Shown: positions 1-10,477, numbered from the stretch's first letter. The stretch: 64,000 bases of DNA from Candidatus Eiseniibacteriota bacterium (GCA_963725865.1 CAVSAC010000014.1:1088001-1152000); one strand, 5' to 3'. The notes: generated by a model not told the origin, from the letters alone. Numbers and translations: made by a program.

Positions 1-889
1 AGTCCACGATGGTCACGCCCCGGGCCGCCACCAGCTGACCGCGCTGGTCGGCGCGGATCGAGGTGCGCTTGCGGATGGTGTCGCCCTCCATGCTGTGCCC
101 GAAGCACTCGTGCACCATCACGCCGCCCCAGCCGGGCGAGACCACCACGGGATACGAGCCCGCCTCCGGCTCGCGGGCCGACAGCAGCGTGACCGCGCTG
201 GCCGCCGCTTCGCGCGCCACCGTCTCGGGGCTGCGCTGCTGCTCGAAGTACGCCGCGTCCACGCAACCGCCCGCGGCGGCGAACCCGCTCTGGCGCTGAT
301 CGCCCTCGAGCGCCAGCGCCGACACCACGAGGCGCGAGAGATAGGCGCGGTCGGCGGCCCAGCCACCATCGCTGTTCGCGACCAGGAACGCCTTCGCGGC
401 GTCCCCCAGGCCGATCGAGACCTCGTGCACGCGCGCATCGTGCGAGCGGGCGGCATCGTCGGCACGCTGCAGCAGCGCGATCTTCGCCGGCTCGTCGAGC
501 GCCAGCGGCGCGGGCGCGGTGAGCGTGAACGGCGGCGGCGCGTCCACGACGCGGAACGGTTGCGGGGGCGCCCCGGGCGTGCCGTCGCGGGCGATGCGCG
601 ACGCCACCCGCGCGGCCTCGCGCAGGTCGTCGGGCGCGAACCCGTCCGCGTAGGCGTAGCCGGTCTGCTCGCCCACGATCGCGCGAATCCCGACGCCGCT
701 CGTCACGGACAGCGAGGAGGACTTGAGGCGGCGCTCGTCGTACGAGAATCCGGTGTGCGTCGCGTGCTCGGCGTATACCTCCGCGAACTCGGAGCCCTGC
801 GCGCGCGCGATGGCGAGCAGCTCCTCCACCAGTTCGCGCGGCAGCGCGGCGGAGAGGTCGGGGGGCAGGCGGCTGGGCTCGTGGTTCAT
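1..889 (-). CDS. tldD: TldD/PmbA family metalloprotease, TldD subunit (3' end runs off the window)
   Basis: Not in the ORF track; translated by hand from ATG 889: MNHEPSRLPPDLSAALPRELVEELL...FAEVYAEH...GVGIRAIVGEQTGYAY...PGWGGVMVHECFGHSMEGD. The HExxGHxxEGD metal motif is typical of TldD. Confidence 0.9.
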   Translation of the reverse strand, partial: MNHEPSRLPPDLSAALPRELVEELLAIARAQGSEFAEVYAEHATHTGFSYDERRLKSSSLSVTSGVGIRAIVGEQTGYAYADGFAPDDLREAARVASRIARDGTPGAPPQPFRVVDAPPPFTLTAPAPLALDEPAKIALLQRADDAARSHDARVHEVSIGLGDAAKAFLVANSDGGWAADRAYLSRLVVSALALEGDQRQSGFAAAGGCVDAAYFEQQRSPETVAREAAASAVTLLSAREPEAGSYPVVVSPGWGGVMVHECFGHSMEGDTIRKRTSIRADQRGQLVAARGVTIVD

Positions 890-1102
890 GAGGTTCCGGG
901 AGGTGAGCGGGCGTGGGCGACCGGGCGGCAGCGTATCGGAGGGCTCGCCGGGGCCGCAATGCGCACGGGGCCGCGGCGACGCACCAGCTTTCCGCTCTCT
1001 GAAGCGCCCGCAAGTTCCTCCAGAACGAGCATCCTCCGCGAATGACCGGACAGCCCAACCCGCTGTGGCCGAACGGATAAGCAGGCCGGAAAAGATTTCA
1101 TG

Positions 1103-1120
1103 TAACTGACCGGTCAGTTA
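1103..1120. promoter_or_regulatory. Perfect 18-bp palindrome TAACTGACCGGTCAGTTA, probable TetR-family operator
   Basis: Perfect inverted repeat in an AT-richer patch about 48 bp upstream of the TetR gene. Confidence 0.8.
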
Positions 1121-1167
1121 TCTATCCAAAGCCCACACGCTCGACCCACTCCTCGATGGAGGTCCGC

Positions 1168-1836
1168 ATGACGACACACCCCACGACCCGGCCGACCGGC
1201 GCGACGCCGCGCTGGAAGCGGCGCAAGGACGCCCGCCCGGCCGAGATCCTCGCGGCCGCGCTCGAGGTGTTCACGGAGCGCGGCTACGCCGCCGCGCGCC
1301 TCGAAGACGTCGCGCGCCGCGCGGGTGTCACCAAGGGCACGATGTACCTCTACTTCGACAGCAAGGAAGCGCTGCTCGAGGCGGCGGTGCGCGAGAACAT
1401 CCTGCCGGTCATCGAGCGGGGCGAGCGCCGTCTCGACGAGTACGAGGGGCCGGCGGACGCGCTCCTGCGCGAACTGGTGCGCACCTGGTGGAGCTACGTC
1501 GCCGCGACGCCCATCGGGGGCATCAGCAAGCTGGTGATGGCCGAGGCCCGCAACTTCCCCGACCTCGCGCGCTTCTACCACCAGGAGGTCGTGCAGCGCG
1601 GGCATCGCCTGTTCGGTCGCGCGCTCCAGCGGGGCATCGACGCCGGGGAATTCCGCCCCGTCGACGTGGCCACCGCGGTGCGGCTGATCGTCGCGCCGCT
1701 GCTCATGGGCTCGCTGTGGCGTCATTCCTTCAGCAACTGCGAGGCGACGCGCGTCGATTTCGATCAGGTCGTCGAGCTCCACCTCGACGTGTTCCTGCGC
1801 GGCATCGCCGCGCGACCGGAGGCGCACCATGCGTGA
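1168..1836 (+). CDS. TetR/AcrR family transcriptional regulator
   Basis: N-terminal HTH: EILAAALEVFTERGYAAARLEDVARRAGVTKGTMYLYFDSKEAL. GGAGG RBS precedes ATG 1168. Confidence 0.93.
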   Translation: MTTHPTTRPTGATPRWKRRKDARPAEILAAALEVFTERGYAAARLEDVARRAGVTKGTMYLYFDSKEALLEAAVRENILPVIERGERRLDEYEGPADALLRELVRTWWSYVAATPIGGISKLVMAEARNFPDLARFYHQEVVQRGHRLFGRALQRGIDAGEFRPVDVATAVRLIVAPLLMGSLWRHSFSNCEATRVDFDQVVELHLDVFLRGIAARPEAHHA

Positions 1837-3169
1837 TGTCCGACCCCTGCTCCTCGCCGCGACGTTCCTGGCGCTGGTCGCCGCTCCCGCGCGCGCTCAG
1901 GAGCCGCAGCGGCTGAGCCTCGCCGACGCGATCCGGATCGCCTCGTCCACCGCGCCGCAGGTCGCGCTCGCCGAGCTGCGCGAGCGCGAGGCGCGCACGA
2001 AGGTGGGACAGGCGCGCGCCGCGTTCCTGCCGAGCGTCGGCGGAGCGGCGTACGAGAACGAGCGCACGTTCAACCGGCTCACCACCGGCTTCGACTTCCC
2101 GAGCCTGCCCGGCACGGCGCCGTTTCCGATCATCCTCGGCCCCGTCAAGAGCTACGACGCGCGCGTGAAGGCCAGCCAGACCCTGTTCGACGGAGCCTCG
2201 TGGGCCCGGCTCGGCGCCGCCCGCACCGGCGTGCAGGTCAGCGTCGCCGAGCGCCGCGGCACGGCCGAGGCGGCCGCCCAGGGCGCCGCCCTCGCGTACC
2301 TGCACCGCGCGCGCGCCGGCGCGCAGCTCGCGGCCCGCCGTGCGGACGAAGCGCTGGCCGACACGCTCGCGCACCTCGCGACCCAGCAGGAGCGGGCGGG
2401 GGTGACGCCCCACATCGACGCGGTGCGCGCCCGTACCCAGTACGTCGCCGCGCTCGGCGAGCGCGTGGTCGCGGAGAACCAGGTGGACCAGGCCGACATC
2501 ACCCTGGCGCGCGCGCTCGGCATCGATCCCACCACGCGCTTCGCGCTCGCGGACACGATGATGGAGACGCTGAGCGCTCCCGGTGTGGTGAGCGATTCGC
2601 TGGCGGGTGCGCTCGCGCAGGCGCAGGCGCGCCGCCCCGAGCTCGACGCCGAGCGCGCGCGGCTCGCGCGCGCCGAGAGCGAACGGCGCGCGACCTCGCT
2701 CGAACGCCTGCCGCGCGTCGACGTCTCGGGCGATTGGGGACCGAGCGGAGTCCAACTCGCGGACGCGACTCCGACGCGGCAATGGACGGTGGCGGTCAGC
2801 GTGCCGCTGCTCGACGGCCTGCGCCGCGAATCGCGGCTCGCGGAGCAGGGCGCGCTGATCCGCGAGAGCCAGGTCCGCCTGCACGACCTGCAGTCCCAGC
2901 TCACAGCCGAGGTCGCCGGCGCCCTGCTCGACATCGCCAACGGCGAGCGCCAACAGGAGGTCGCGGTCGAACGCCTCGCGCTGGCCGACCAGGAGGTCGC
3001 CGAGGCGCGCGAGCGCTTCGCCCAGGGCGTGGCCAACAACATCGAGGTCATCGACGCCCAGTCGTCGCTGGTGCGCGCCCGCGACGCCCTGATCGAAGCC
3101 CGTCATGCGACCGCCGTCGGCCGCCTGGAGCTCGCACGCGCCACCGGCGACGTCCTGTCCCTGCGATGA
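1829..3169 (+). CDS. TolC family outer-membrane efflux protein
   Basis: Signal peptide, 'LSLADAIRIA' start, two OEP-like helical repeats and 'ERFAQGVANNIEVIDAQ'; lies in an efflux operon. Confidence 0.9.
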   Translation: MRDVRPLLLAATFLALVAAPARAQEPQRLSLADAIRIASSTAPQVALAELREREARTKVGQARAAFLPSVGGAAYENERTFNRLTTGFDFPSLPGTAPFPIILGPVKSYDARVKASQTLFDGASWARLGAARTGVQVSVAERRGTAEAAAQGAALAYLHRARAGAQLAARRADEALADTLAHLATQQERAGVTPHIDAVRARTQYVAALGERVVAENQVDQADITLARALGIDPTTRFALADTMMETLSAPGVVSDSLAGALAQAQARRPELDAERARLARAESERRATSLERLPRVDVSGDWGPSGVQLADATPTRQWTVAVSVPLLDGLRRESRLAEQGALIRESQVRLHDLQSQLTAEVAGALLDIANGERQQEVAVERLALADQEVAEARERFAQGVANNIEVIDAQSSLVRARDALIEARHATAVGRLELARATGDVLSLR

Positions 3170-4335
3170 CCGCCATCCCATCCACGAGGAGAGACTCCGT
3201 GACCCCCACGCTCGACGACACCGCCACCACGGCCGCCCCCGCGGCGCCGCTCGCCGGCCTGCCGCCGACCGGGTCCGTCGCGCCCGCGGCCCCGCGTTCC
3301 GACGGCGCGCCCGCCGCGGCTCCGGAGGCCAACGCGACCTCGCGTCGCCCGGTCGTGTTCGCGCTGCTCGGGGTGGTGGCGCTGGTGCTGCTCGCGCTGC
3401 TCGCTCGCCAGTGGTGGTTCGGGCGGCATCACGTGCGCACCGACAACGCGCAGGTCGAGGGCCACATCATCCCGGTGCTGCCGAAGGTCGGCGGCTACGT
3501 CGCGCGCGTGAACGCCGAGGACGACGTCGCGGTGCGCGCCGGCGACACGCTCGTGGTGCTGGACGACCGCGACTACCGCGCCCGGCTGGCGCAGACCGAG
3601 GGCGACCTCGCCAAGGAGATCGCCGCGGCCGGGTCGCTCCACCACCCCGGCCAGGCCGAGGCGCAGCTCGCCGCGGCGCGCTCCGCGGTGGCACAGGCCG
3701 AGGCCGCGGCGGCGCGTGCGCGCAACGACCTCGAGCGCTATCGCTCGCTGGCGCCGCGCGGGATCGTGAGCCACCAGCAGCTCGATGGCGCCGAGGCCTC
3801 CGCGCAGGTGGCCGACGCCCAGCTCGCCGCCGCGCGCGACCAGGTCATGGCCGCCGCGGCCGCGCTGACGGGCGCCGGCGCGCGGGTCGAGGCGGCGCGC
3901 GCCTCGCGCGACCAGGCTGCGCTCCAGGTGTCGTACGCCACCGTGGTCGCGCCGCACTCCGGCGTCGTGAGCCGCAAGAACGTCGAGGTCGGCCAGCTCG
4001 TCCAGCCGGGGCAGGCGCTGATGGCGGTGGTCCCGCTCGACGACGTGTGGGTCGTGGCGAACCTCAAGGAGACCGAGGTGCGCGACGTGGACCCGGGCGA
4101 TCCGGTGGATCTCGAGGTGGACGCCTACCACGGCCGCCACTTCCACGGCGCGGTGGAGAGCCTGAGCCCGGCGACCGGCGCGCGGTTCTCGCTGCTGCCG
4201 CCCGACAACGCCACCGGCAACTTCACGAAGGTGGTCCAGCGCATCCCGGTGCGCGTCCGCGTCACCGACCCGCGGGACCCGGCGCATCCGCTGCGCCCGG
4301 GGATGAGCGCGCTCGTCACGATCCGGACTCGCTGA
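3166..4335 (+). CDS. emrA: HlyD/EmrA family membrane fusion protein
   Basis: TM helix followed by TDNAQVEGH..PKVGGYV, and the EmrA signature FSLLPPDNATGNFTKVVQRIPVRV. The ATG overlaps the TolC stop; GTG 3199 is an alternative start. Confidence 0.9.
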   Translation: MTAIPSTRRDSVTPTLDDTATTAAPAAPLAGLPPTGSVAPAAPRSDGAPAAAPEANATSRRPVVFALLGVVALVLLALLARQWWFGRHHVRTDNAQVEGHIIPVLPKVGGYVARVNAEDDVAVRAGDTLVVLDDRDYRARLAQTEGDLAKEIAAAGSLHHPGQAEAQLAAARSAVAQAEAAAARARNDLERYRSLAPRGIVSHQQLDGAEASAQVADAQLAAARDQVMAAAAALTGAGARVEAARASRDQAALQVSYATVVAPHSGVVSRKNVEVGQLVQPGQALMAVVPLDDVWVVANLKETEVRDVDPGDPVDLEVDAYHGRHFHGAVESLSPATGARFSLLPPDNATGNFTKVVQRIPVRVRVTDPRDPAHPLRPGMSALVTIRTR

Positions 4336-4342
4336 GGCGCTC

Positions 4343-5932
4343 ATGTCGCGCTCGATCGCACCCGTGGCGCTGCCGAACGGCATCTCCGCCGCGACCTACC
4401 GCAACCGCTGGATCCTCGCGATCACGGTGACGTTCGCCTCCGCCATGGAGCTGATCGACACCAGCATCGTGAACGTCGCGATCCCGCACATGATGGGCAA
4501 CCTCGGCGCCACGCTCGACCAGATCGCGTGGGTGTCGACCGGCTACATCGTCGCGAACGTGATCATCCTGCCGATCACCGGATGGCTGTCGGCGTTGCTC
4601 GGCCGGCGCCGCTACTTCGCCGGCTCGATCGCCCTGTTCACGATCGCGTCGTTCTTCTGCGGCAACTCGCACACCCTGCAGGAGCTCGTGACGTGGCGCA
4701 TCATCCAGGGCCTCGGCGGCGGCGCGCTGCTCTCCACCGCGCAGGCGGTGCTCTACGAGGTGTTCCCGCGCGAGGAGTACGGCGCGGCGATGGCGATCTT
4801 CGGGGTCGGCATCATGGTGGGCCCCACGCTCGGCCCGACGCTCGGCGGCTACCTCACGGACGCCCTGTCGTGGCCGTGGATCTTCTACATCAACCTCCCG
4901 TTCGGCATGATGGCGCTGATGCTGACGCTCGCGTACATGCCCGACTCGGTGCACGCGCGTCGCGTGCAGGGCGTCGACTACGTGGGCCTCGCGCTGCTGG
5001 TGATCGGCATCGGCATGCTGCAGACCATGCTCGAGCGCGGGGAGCGCGCGGGCTGGTTCGATTCGCGCGAGATCGTCGTCTACGCGGCGGTGAGCGCGGT
5101 GGCGCTGCTCGGGCTGGTGGCGCACGAGCTCACGACCGAGCACCCGGTGATCGATCTGCGCATCCTGCGCAACCGCCAGTTCGCCGCGGGCGTGGCGTTC
5201 GCGGGCGCGCTCGGCCTGTGCCTGTACGCCACCGTGTTCGTGCTGCCGGTGTACCTGCAGACGCTGCTCGGCTTCACCGCCCAGCAGACCGGGCTCGTGA
5301 TCCTGCCGGGCGCGCTCGCCAGCGCCGCGACGATGGCGGTCATCGGCCGCACCGCCGGCCGCTACGATCCGCGCGTGGTGATCGCCGCGGGGGTCGGGAT
5401 CTTCCTGCTCGCGATGTGGCAGCACTACCACTTCACCACCCAGAGCGGCACCAGCGACTTCCTGCTGCCGCTGGTGCTGCGCGGCGTCGGGCTGGGGATG
5501 ATCTTCGTGCCGCTGTCGAATCTCGCGATCGCGCGCCTGCGCATGGACCAGATCCCGAACGCGATGGGGCTCTACAACCTCACGCGCCAGCTCGGCGGCA
5601 GCATCGGGATCGCGCTGTCGGCCACCACGCTCCAGCACCTCCAGGTCACTCATCGCGAGGCGTTGATCGCGCATGTCACCGCGTACGATGCCCCGGCGGT
5701 GCAGCGGCTGAGCGCGTTCGCAGCGAACCTGGTCGCGCGCGGCTGGTCCCCCGCGCGGGCGGATGCGGGCGCGCTCGCGATGGTGAACGCGCAGGTCACG
5801 CGGCAGGCGCTGATGCTCTCGTTCGAGGACCTGTTCCTGCTGTTCGGCTTCTCGCTGGCCCTCGCGTTGCCCCTGCTGCTGATCATGCGGCCGACGGCGG
5901 GCGGCATGGGGCCCGGTGGAGCGTCCCACTGA
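4343..5932 (+). CDS. emrB: DHA2 family MFS efflux transporter (EmrB/QacA)
   Basis: ELIDTSIVNVAIP, RIIQGLGGG, GPTLGPTLGG, WPWIFYINLP; about 14 TM segments. Confidence 0.93.
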   Translation: MSRSIAPVALPNGISAATYRNRWILAITVTFASAMELIDTSIVNVAIPHMMGNLGATLDQIAWVSTGYIVANVIILPITGWLSALLGRRRYFAGSIALFTIASFFCGNSHTLQELVTWRIIQGLGGGALLSTAQAVLYEVFPREEYGAAMAIFGVGIMVGPTLGPTLGGYLTDALSWPWIFYINLPFGMMALMLTLAYMPDSVHARRVQGVDYVGLALLVIGIGMLQTMLERGERAGWFDSREIVVYAAVSAVALLGLVAHELTTEHPVIDLRILRNRQFAAGVAFAGALGLCLYATVFVLPVYLQTLLGFTAQQTGLVILPGALASAATMAVIGRTAGRYDPRVVIAAGVGIFLLAMWQHYHFTTQSGTSDFLLPLVLRGVGLGMIFVPLSNLAIARLRMDQIPNAMGLYNLTRQLGGSIGIALSATTLQHLQVTHREALIAHVTAYDAPAVQRLSAFAANLVARGWSPARADAGALAMVNAQVTRQALMLSFEDLFLLFGFSLALALPLLLIMRPTAGGMGPGGASH

Positions 5933-6013
5933 GCGCCGCGCGCGGCCGGCGTCCGGACCCTGCGCGCCGCTGCCGCTCCACTCGGCGGGCACCATGACCC
6001 ACGAGGAGGCTCG

Positions 6014-6778
6014 ATGGCGCGGATCCGCTGGGATCGCACGGCCGTGACGCTGTTCGCGCTCGCGGCGCTCGCCGGCGGCGCGCCCGCGGCCGGCGCGCCG
6101 ACCGGGTTGCTCGCGCGCGAGGTGAAGGTGGGGGGCGAGCGCCACCGCATCGCGGTGTGGGTGCCCGCGGACTACGACGCGGCGCGCGCGTGGCCGTGCG
6201 TGGTGTTCCTCCACGGCTCCGGCGAGTGCGGCACCGACGGCGTGAAGCCCACACGCGTCGGATTGCTGCCGGCGGTCATGGCGCACCCCGAGCGCTGGCC
6301 CTGCCTGGTGGTCGCGCCCCAGAAGCCGCGCGAGGAGGAGGAGTGGGAGGAGCGCGAGGCGCTGGTGCTCGCCGCGCTGCGGGCGGTGGAGCGCGAGTTC
6401 CACGTCGACCGCGCTCGCGTCGCGCTCACCGGCATCTCACAGGGCGGGCACGGAACCTGGATGATCGGCGCACGCCACCCGGACGAGTTCTCGTGTCTGG
6501 CGCCGGTGTGCGGTTACGGCCGCGCGGGCACGGTGGCCCGGCGCGTGGTGCGGCTGCCCGTGTGGGCGTTCCACGGACTGAAGGACGACCTCGTGGATCC
6601 CGCCGACACCCGCCGCATCGTCGAGGCGCTGCGCGTGGAGCGCACCGCGCGCGGACTCGACCCCGACGGCGCGCGCGCCACGCTCTATCCGGACCTCAAC
6701 CACGGATGCTGGGACGCGGCCTACGGCGAACCCGGGCTGCCGGTGTGGATGCTGGCACAGACGCGCGCGGCGCGCTGA
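6014..6778 (+). CDS. Secreted alpha/beta-hydrolase (predicted esterase/peptidase)
   Basis: Signal peptide, VVFLHGSGE, GISQGG nucleophile elbow, WAFHG..DD.V and a C-terminal His (NHGCW). Confidence 0.8.
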   Translation: MARIRWDRTAVTLFALAALAGGAPAAGAPTGLLAREVKVGGERHRIAVWVPADYDAARAWPCVVFLHGSGECGTDGVKPTRVGLLPAVMAHPERWPCLVVAPQKPREEEEWEEREALVLAALRAVEREFHVDRARVALTGISQGGHGTWMIGARHPDEFSCLAPVCGYGRAGTVARRVVRLPVWAFHGLKDDLVDPADTRRIVEALRVERTARGLDPDGARATLYPDLNHGCWDAAYGEPGLPVWMLAQTRAAR

Positions 6779-6793
6779 AACGGGCCGCGCGGA

Positions 6794-7174
6794 TCAGGTC
6801 TCCTGCGGCAGCCGCTGGAACGCGCGGAGCGCTCCACCCAACATCGCCGCCGGCACCACCAGCAGCAGGCGGGTCACGATCCACCAGGTCGGCGCGTCGC
6901 CGTGGATCTCGACCGCGATCGCAAGGCTGATCAGCAGGCGCACCAGCCCCATCACGCCAGCGTGCGCGACCTCGGACTGTCGCGCCAGCACTCCGGTCAG
7001 CCAGCCCGCGAATCCGATCGATGCGAAATGGGCGAGGATCGCGCACACCAGCACCAGGGTACGCCGGTCGTCGCCATCCGGCACCGCGATCATGCCGAAC
7101 GCCGAATCACTGGTCAGCGTGAGCGCGTAGCTCGCCGCCACGCCGGCGAGGACCGCGAGGAAGCTCCGCGACAT
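6794..7174 (-). CDS. Small integral membrane protein (about 4 TM)
   Basis: MSRSFLAVLAGVAASY...; four hydrophobic segments and a PTWW motif. Confidence 0.65.
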   Translation of the reverse strand: MSRSFLAVLAGVAASYALTLTSDSAFGMIAVPDGDDRRTLVLVCAILAHFASIGFAGWLTGVLARQSEVAHAGVMGLVRLLISLAIAVEIHGDAPTWWIVTRLLLVVPAAMLGGALRAFQRLPQET

Positions 7175-7302
7175 CGGGGGACGCCTTTCGAGGGGGTCGG
7201 TGCGCGGGGATGACGCGCGGCAGGATAGCACCGCCGGTGCGGCTTTCGCGAGGGTCTCCGGGGCCGGCGCACCGCGCTGGCCTGTGCTAGATTCGGCTTC
7301 TC

Positions 7303-9672
7303 ATGAGTACCGCCGACCACCTCGACCCGGGCGCTGCGACGTCGTCCCAGCCCGCCGCCGGCGTGGACGAGGGCTGTCTTGAGATCCTCTCCGACCGCCT
7401 ACGCAACAGCTCGGGCGTGGTCGCGATCGAGGCCGATTTCCGCGGGCAGACGCTCACGGTTCGCTACGACCCGACGCTCATCGCCCCCGACCAACTCTCC
7501 CGCCTCGCCGACGAGGTCGGCGGGTTGTTCAAGCAGCGCGTGACCACCTGCGAGCGGCGCGAGACGCCGGGCGCGTGCGACGAATGCGCGCTGCGGCTCG
7601 CGCACCTGCCGGCGGAGGAGCGCGAGCAGTACCAGATCTCGTCCGATCCGGGCCGCATCGGCCTCGCGCGGCGCGTGGCTCCGGTGGGCAGCGCCGAGCT
7701 GGTCCGGCCGCTCTCCGCCCTCAAGCCGTGGGGCGCCAGCCTCAGCCCGGCCGACCAGGAGCACCTGGCCGAAGGGCGCGCGATGACCTGGCTGACCGGC
7801 GGCTGCCTCGCGCTGCTGGTGACCGGCATGGTGCTCGAATGGGCCCACGCCCCCTCGCTGGCGCATCACGCCGCGTACGTCGGTGCGGCGCTGCTCGGGT
7901 CGTGGTTCGCGCTGCGCGGCACGCTGGCATCGCTCGCGCGGATGCGTTTCGACGTGAACCTGCTGATGCTGCTCGCCGCGCTCGGCGCCGGCGTGATCGG
8001 TTACGTCGCCGAGGCGGCCGTGCTCATGTTCCTGTTCTCGCTCAGCAACACGCTCGAGGTGTACACGATGGGCCGCACGCGCCGCGCGCTCCGCGCGCTG
8101 CTCGAGCTGCGCCCGGCCACCGCGCGCGTGCAACGCGACGGCCGCGAGATCGAGATCCCGGCCGAGGACGCGCGAGTCGGCGAGATCGCGATCGTGAAAC
8201 CGGGCGAGGCGGTGCCGGTCGACGGCGAGGTCGCTCAGGGCGCCTCGCTGGTGGACATGAGCAACCTCACGGGCGAATCGATGCCGGTCGCGGTCGCGGT
8301 CGACGCCCGGGTGTACGCGGGAACGCTCAATCTCCAGGGCGCGCTCGAGGTCCGCGTGACGCGCGCGGCCGGCGACACCGCGCTCGCGCGCATCGTGCGG
8401 CTGGTGCAGGAGGCCCAGGAACAGAAGTCGCGCACCGAGGAGGTCGCGCAGTGGGTCGGCCGCTACTACACGGTGGTCGTGATGATCGGCGCCGCGCTCA
8501 TGATCGTGGTCCCGCCGTTCGTCCTCCACCAGGACTTCATGCACTCGTTCTACCGCGCGATGACGCTGCTGGTGGTGGCGTCCCCGTGCGCGCTGGTGAT
8601 CGCCACGCCCGCCACCATCCTGTCGGCGATCGCCAACGCGGCGCGCCACGGCGTGCTGTTCAAGGGCGGACGCTTCATCGAGGCGCTGGCGCGCGTGCGC
8701 ACCGTGGCGTTCGACAAGACGGGCACGCTCACGCTCGGCCGCTTCGAGGTCACCGACGTCGAGGCGATCGAGGGCGTCGACGAGCGCGGCGTGCTGGCGT
8801 GGGCGGCCGGTGCCGAGACGCGTTCCCAGCACCCGCTCGCGCAGGCCGTCGTGCGTGCGGCCGAGGCGCGGGGCGTGGCATTCGCGACCGCGACCCACCT
8901 GACGTCGCATCCAGGCAAGGGGCTGGTGGCCGCGCTGGCCGAGGGGCCGGTCGCCATCGGCACGCCCGAGCTGTTCGAGCACCTCGGCACGCGCGCGCCG
9001 CAGGCCGTGCTCGCGCGCATCGACGCGCTGCGGCTCGAGGGCAAGACGGCGATGGCGGTGCAGGGGCCGGGGGGCTGGGGCGTGGTCGCGGCGGCCGACC
9101 AGGTGCGGCCGGCGGCGGCCGCGACGGTCGCGGAGCTGCGCCGCAATGGCGTGCGCCACGTCGTGCTGCTGTCGGGCGACAGCGTGCCGACCGTGCAGGC
9201 GATCGCCGCGCGCACCGGCGTCGACGATGCGCGCGGCGCGCTGCTGCCCGAGGACAAGGTGAACGCGATCGCCGAGCTCGAGGAGCGCGGCGAGGCGGTG
9301 GCGATGGTCGGAGACGGCGTCAACGACGCACCGGCGCTGGCGCGTGCCTCGGTGGGCATCGCGATGGGCGGCATCGGCAGCGACGCCGCGATGGAGAGTG
9401 CCGACGTGGTGCTGATGAGCGACGACCTGGGCGCGCTGCCCTACGCGGTCCGCCTCTGCCAGCGCGCGCGCCGGGTGGTGGTGCAGAACGTGGTCATCGC
9501 CTCGGGCGTGATGGTGGTGCTGGTGACGCTGGTGTTCCTCGCGCCCCAGCTCGGCCTGCCGGAGCTGCGGCTGCCGGTGGCGGTCTCGGGCCACGAGGGC
9601 AGCACCGTGGTGGTCATCCTGAACGGGCTGCGGCTGCTCGGCGTGCGCCGGCCGCGGCTGGCGCCGGCCTGA
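7303..9672 (+). CDS. Heavy-metal P1B-type ATPase, P1B-4 (Co/Fe/Zn) subtype
   Basis: TGES, SPC (VASPCALVI), DKTGT, SQHP, GDGVND and HEGST. SPC plus HEG(S/G)T is the P1B-4 signature. Confidence 0.9.
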   Translation: MSTADHLDPGAATSSQPAAGVDEGCLEILSDRLRNSSGVVAIEADFRGQTLTVRYDPTLIAPDQLSRLADEVGGLFKQRVTTCERRETPGACDECALRLAHLPAEEREQYQISSDPGRIGLARRVAPVGSAELVRPLSALKPWGASLSPADQEHLAEGRAMTWLTGGCLALLVTGMVLEWAHAPSLAHHAAYVGAALLGSWFALRGTLASLARMRFDVNLLMLLAALGAGVIGYVAEAAVLMFLFSLSNTLEVYTMGRTRRALRALLELRPATARVQRDGREIEIPAEDARVGEIAIVKPGEAVPVDGEVAQGASLVDMSNLTGESMPVAVAVDARVYAGTLNLQGALEVRVTRAAGDTALARIVRLVQEAQEQKSRTEEVAQWVGRYYTVVVMIGAALMIVVPPFVLHQDFMHSFYRAMTLLVVASPCALVIATPATILSAIANAARHGVLFKGGRFIEALARVRTVAFDKTGTLTLGRFEVTDVEAIEGVDERGVLAWAAGAETRSQHPLAQAVVRAAEARGVAFATATHLTSHPGKGLVAALAEGPVAIGTPELFEHLGTRAPQAVLARIDALRLEGKTAMAVQGPGGWGVVAAADQVRPAAAATVAELRRNGVRHVVLLSGDSVPTVQAIAARTGVDDARGALLPEDKVNAIAELEERGEAVAMVGDGVNDAPALARASVGIAMGGIGSDAAMESADVVLMSDDLGALPYAVRLCQRARRVVVQNVVIASGVMVVLVTLVFLAPQLGLPELRLPVAVSGHEGSTVVVILNGLRLLGVRRPRLAPA

Positions 9673-9802
9673 GCGGTCTCCGCAGCGGGCGGCGCAGGCT
9701 GCGTGCTTCGCCGCTGGGTGCCGCTGTCCACGCGTCAGCGCCCGGCGCGGCGGGGAGGACGTCGAGTGTGCCGCCCGCGGGCCCCGGCGCCGCGCGCGTG
9801 CC

Positions 9803-10477
9803 TCAGTCGAGTTTGGTCACCAGCACGTTGTCGTAGTAGATCGTGCACTCGCCGACGCCGCCAGTGTAGGCGGGCAGCGCGATCCGTCCGGTCGTGCCCT
9901 CACCCCGCGCGTCGCCGCGGACGAGCACCTGGGTGCCGTCGAGGAACACCCGGTACGAGCTGCCGCGGCACTCCACCCGCACGTGGTGCCAGACCCCGTT
10001 GCCACTCGACGCCTTGGCGCGCCCCATCGGGAGCTCGCGCCGGTACATGAGCACGTCCTGGTAGCCGGGGCCGCGCAGGTCCACACCGACGCCGGAGCCG
10101 CCCCGCACGTGCACCACCACGCCCTTGTCCACGCCGCGGATCTGGCAGACGTCGAGGTCGACCGCGTACTCGTGCCAGTTCTCCGACCCCGCGTAGGCGA
10201 ACGAGCGCAGCTGGCGACGGCTGGGCAGATCGGCGCACAGGGCGCCCCAGTGGATCGACCACACGCTGTCGCGGTCGAACGACCAGCGGCCGAGCCCGTC
10301 GGAGAAGTCGTCGAAGAACAGCGCGCCGCTCGGCACGCGGGGCGGCCGCGGTGGCGGCGGGGGGGTGACGAATCGCGACGCCGCGTGCGTGTCCGCGCCG
10401 CACAGCAGGGCGGCGGTCAGCAGCGTCGCGAGTCCTCGTACGGCCTGGCTCGCTCCCGGACGTCGGATCACTCGCAC
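9803..10477 (-). CDS. Secreted DUF1080-like / concanavalin-A-fold beta-sandwich protein (start uncertain)
   Basis: Signal-like N-terminus, LFFDDFSDG, WHHVRVECRG..YRVFLDG, GRIAL, IYYDNVLV. Confidence 0.65.
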   Translation of the reverse strand: MRVIRRPGASQAVRGLATLLTAALLCGADTHAASRFVTPPPPPRPPRVPSGALFFDDFSDGLGRWSFDRDSVWSIHWGALCADLPSRRQLRSFAYAGSENWHEYAVDLDVCQIRGVDKGVVVHVRGGSGVGVDLRGPGYQDVLMYRRELPMGRAKASSGNGVWHHVRVECRGSSYRVFLDGTQVLVRGDARGEGTTGRIALPAYTGGVGECTIYYDNVLVTKLD

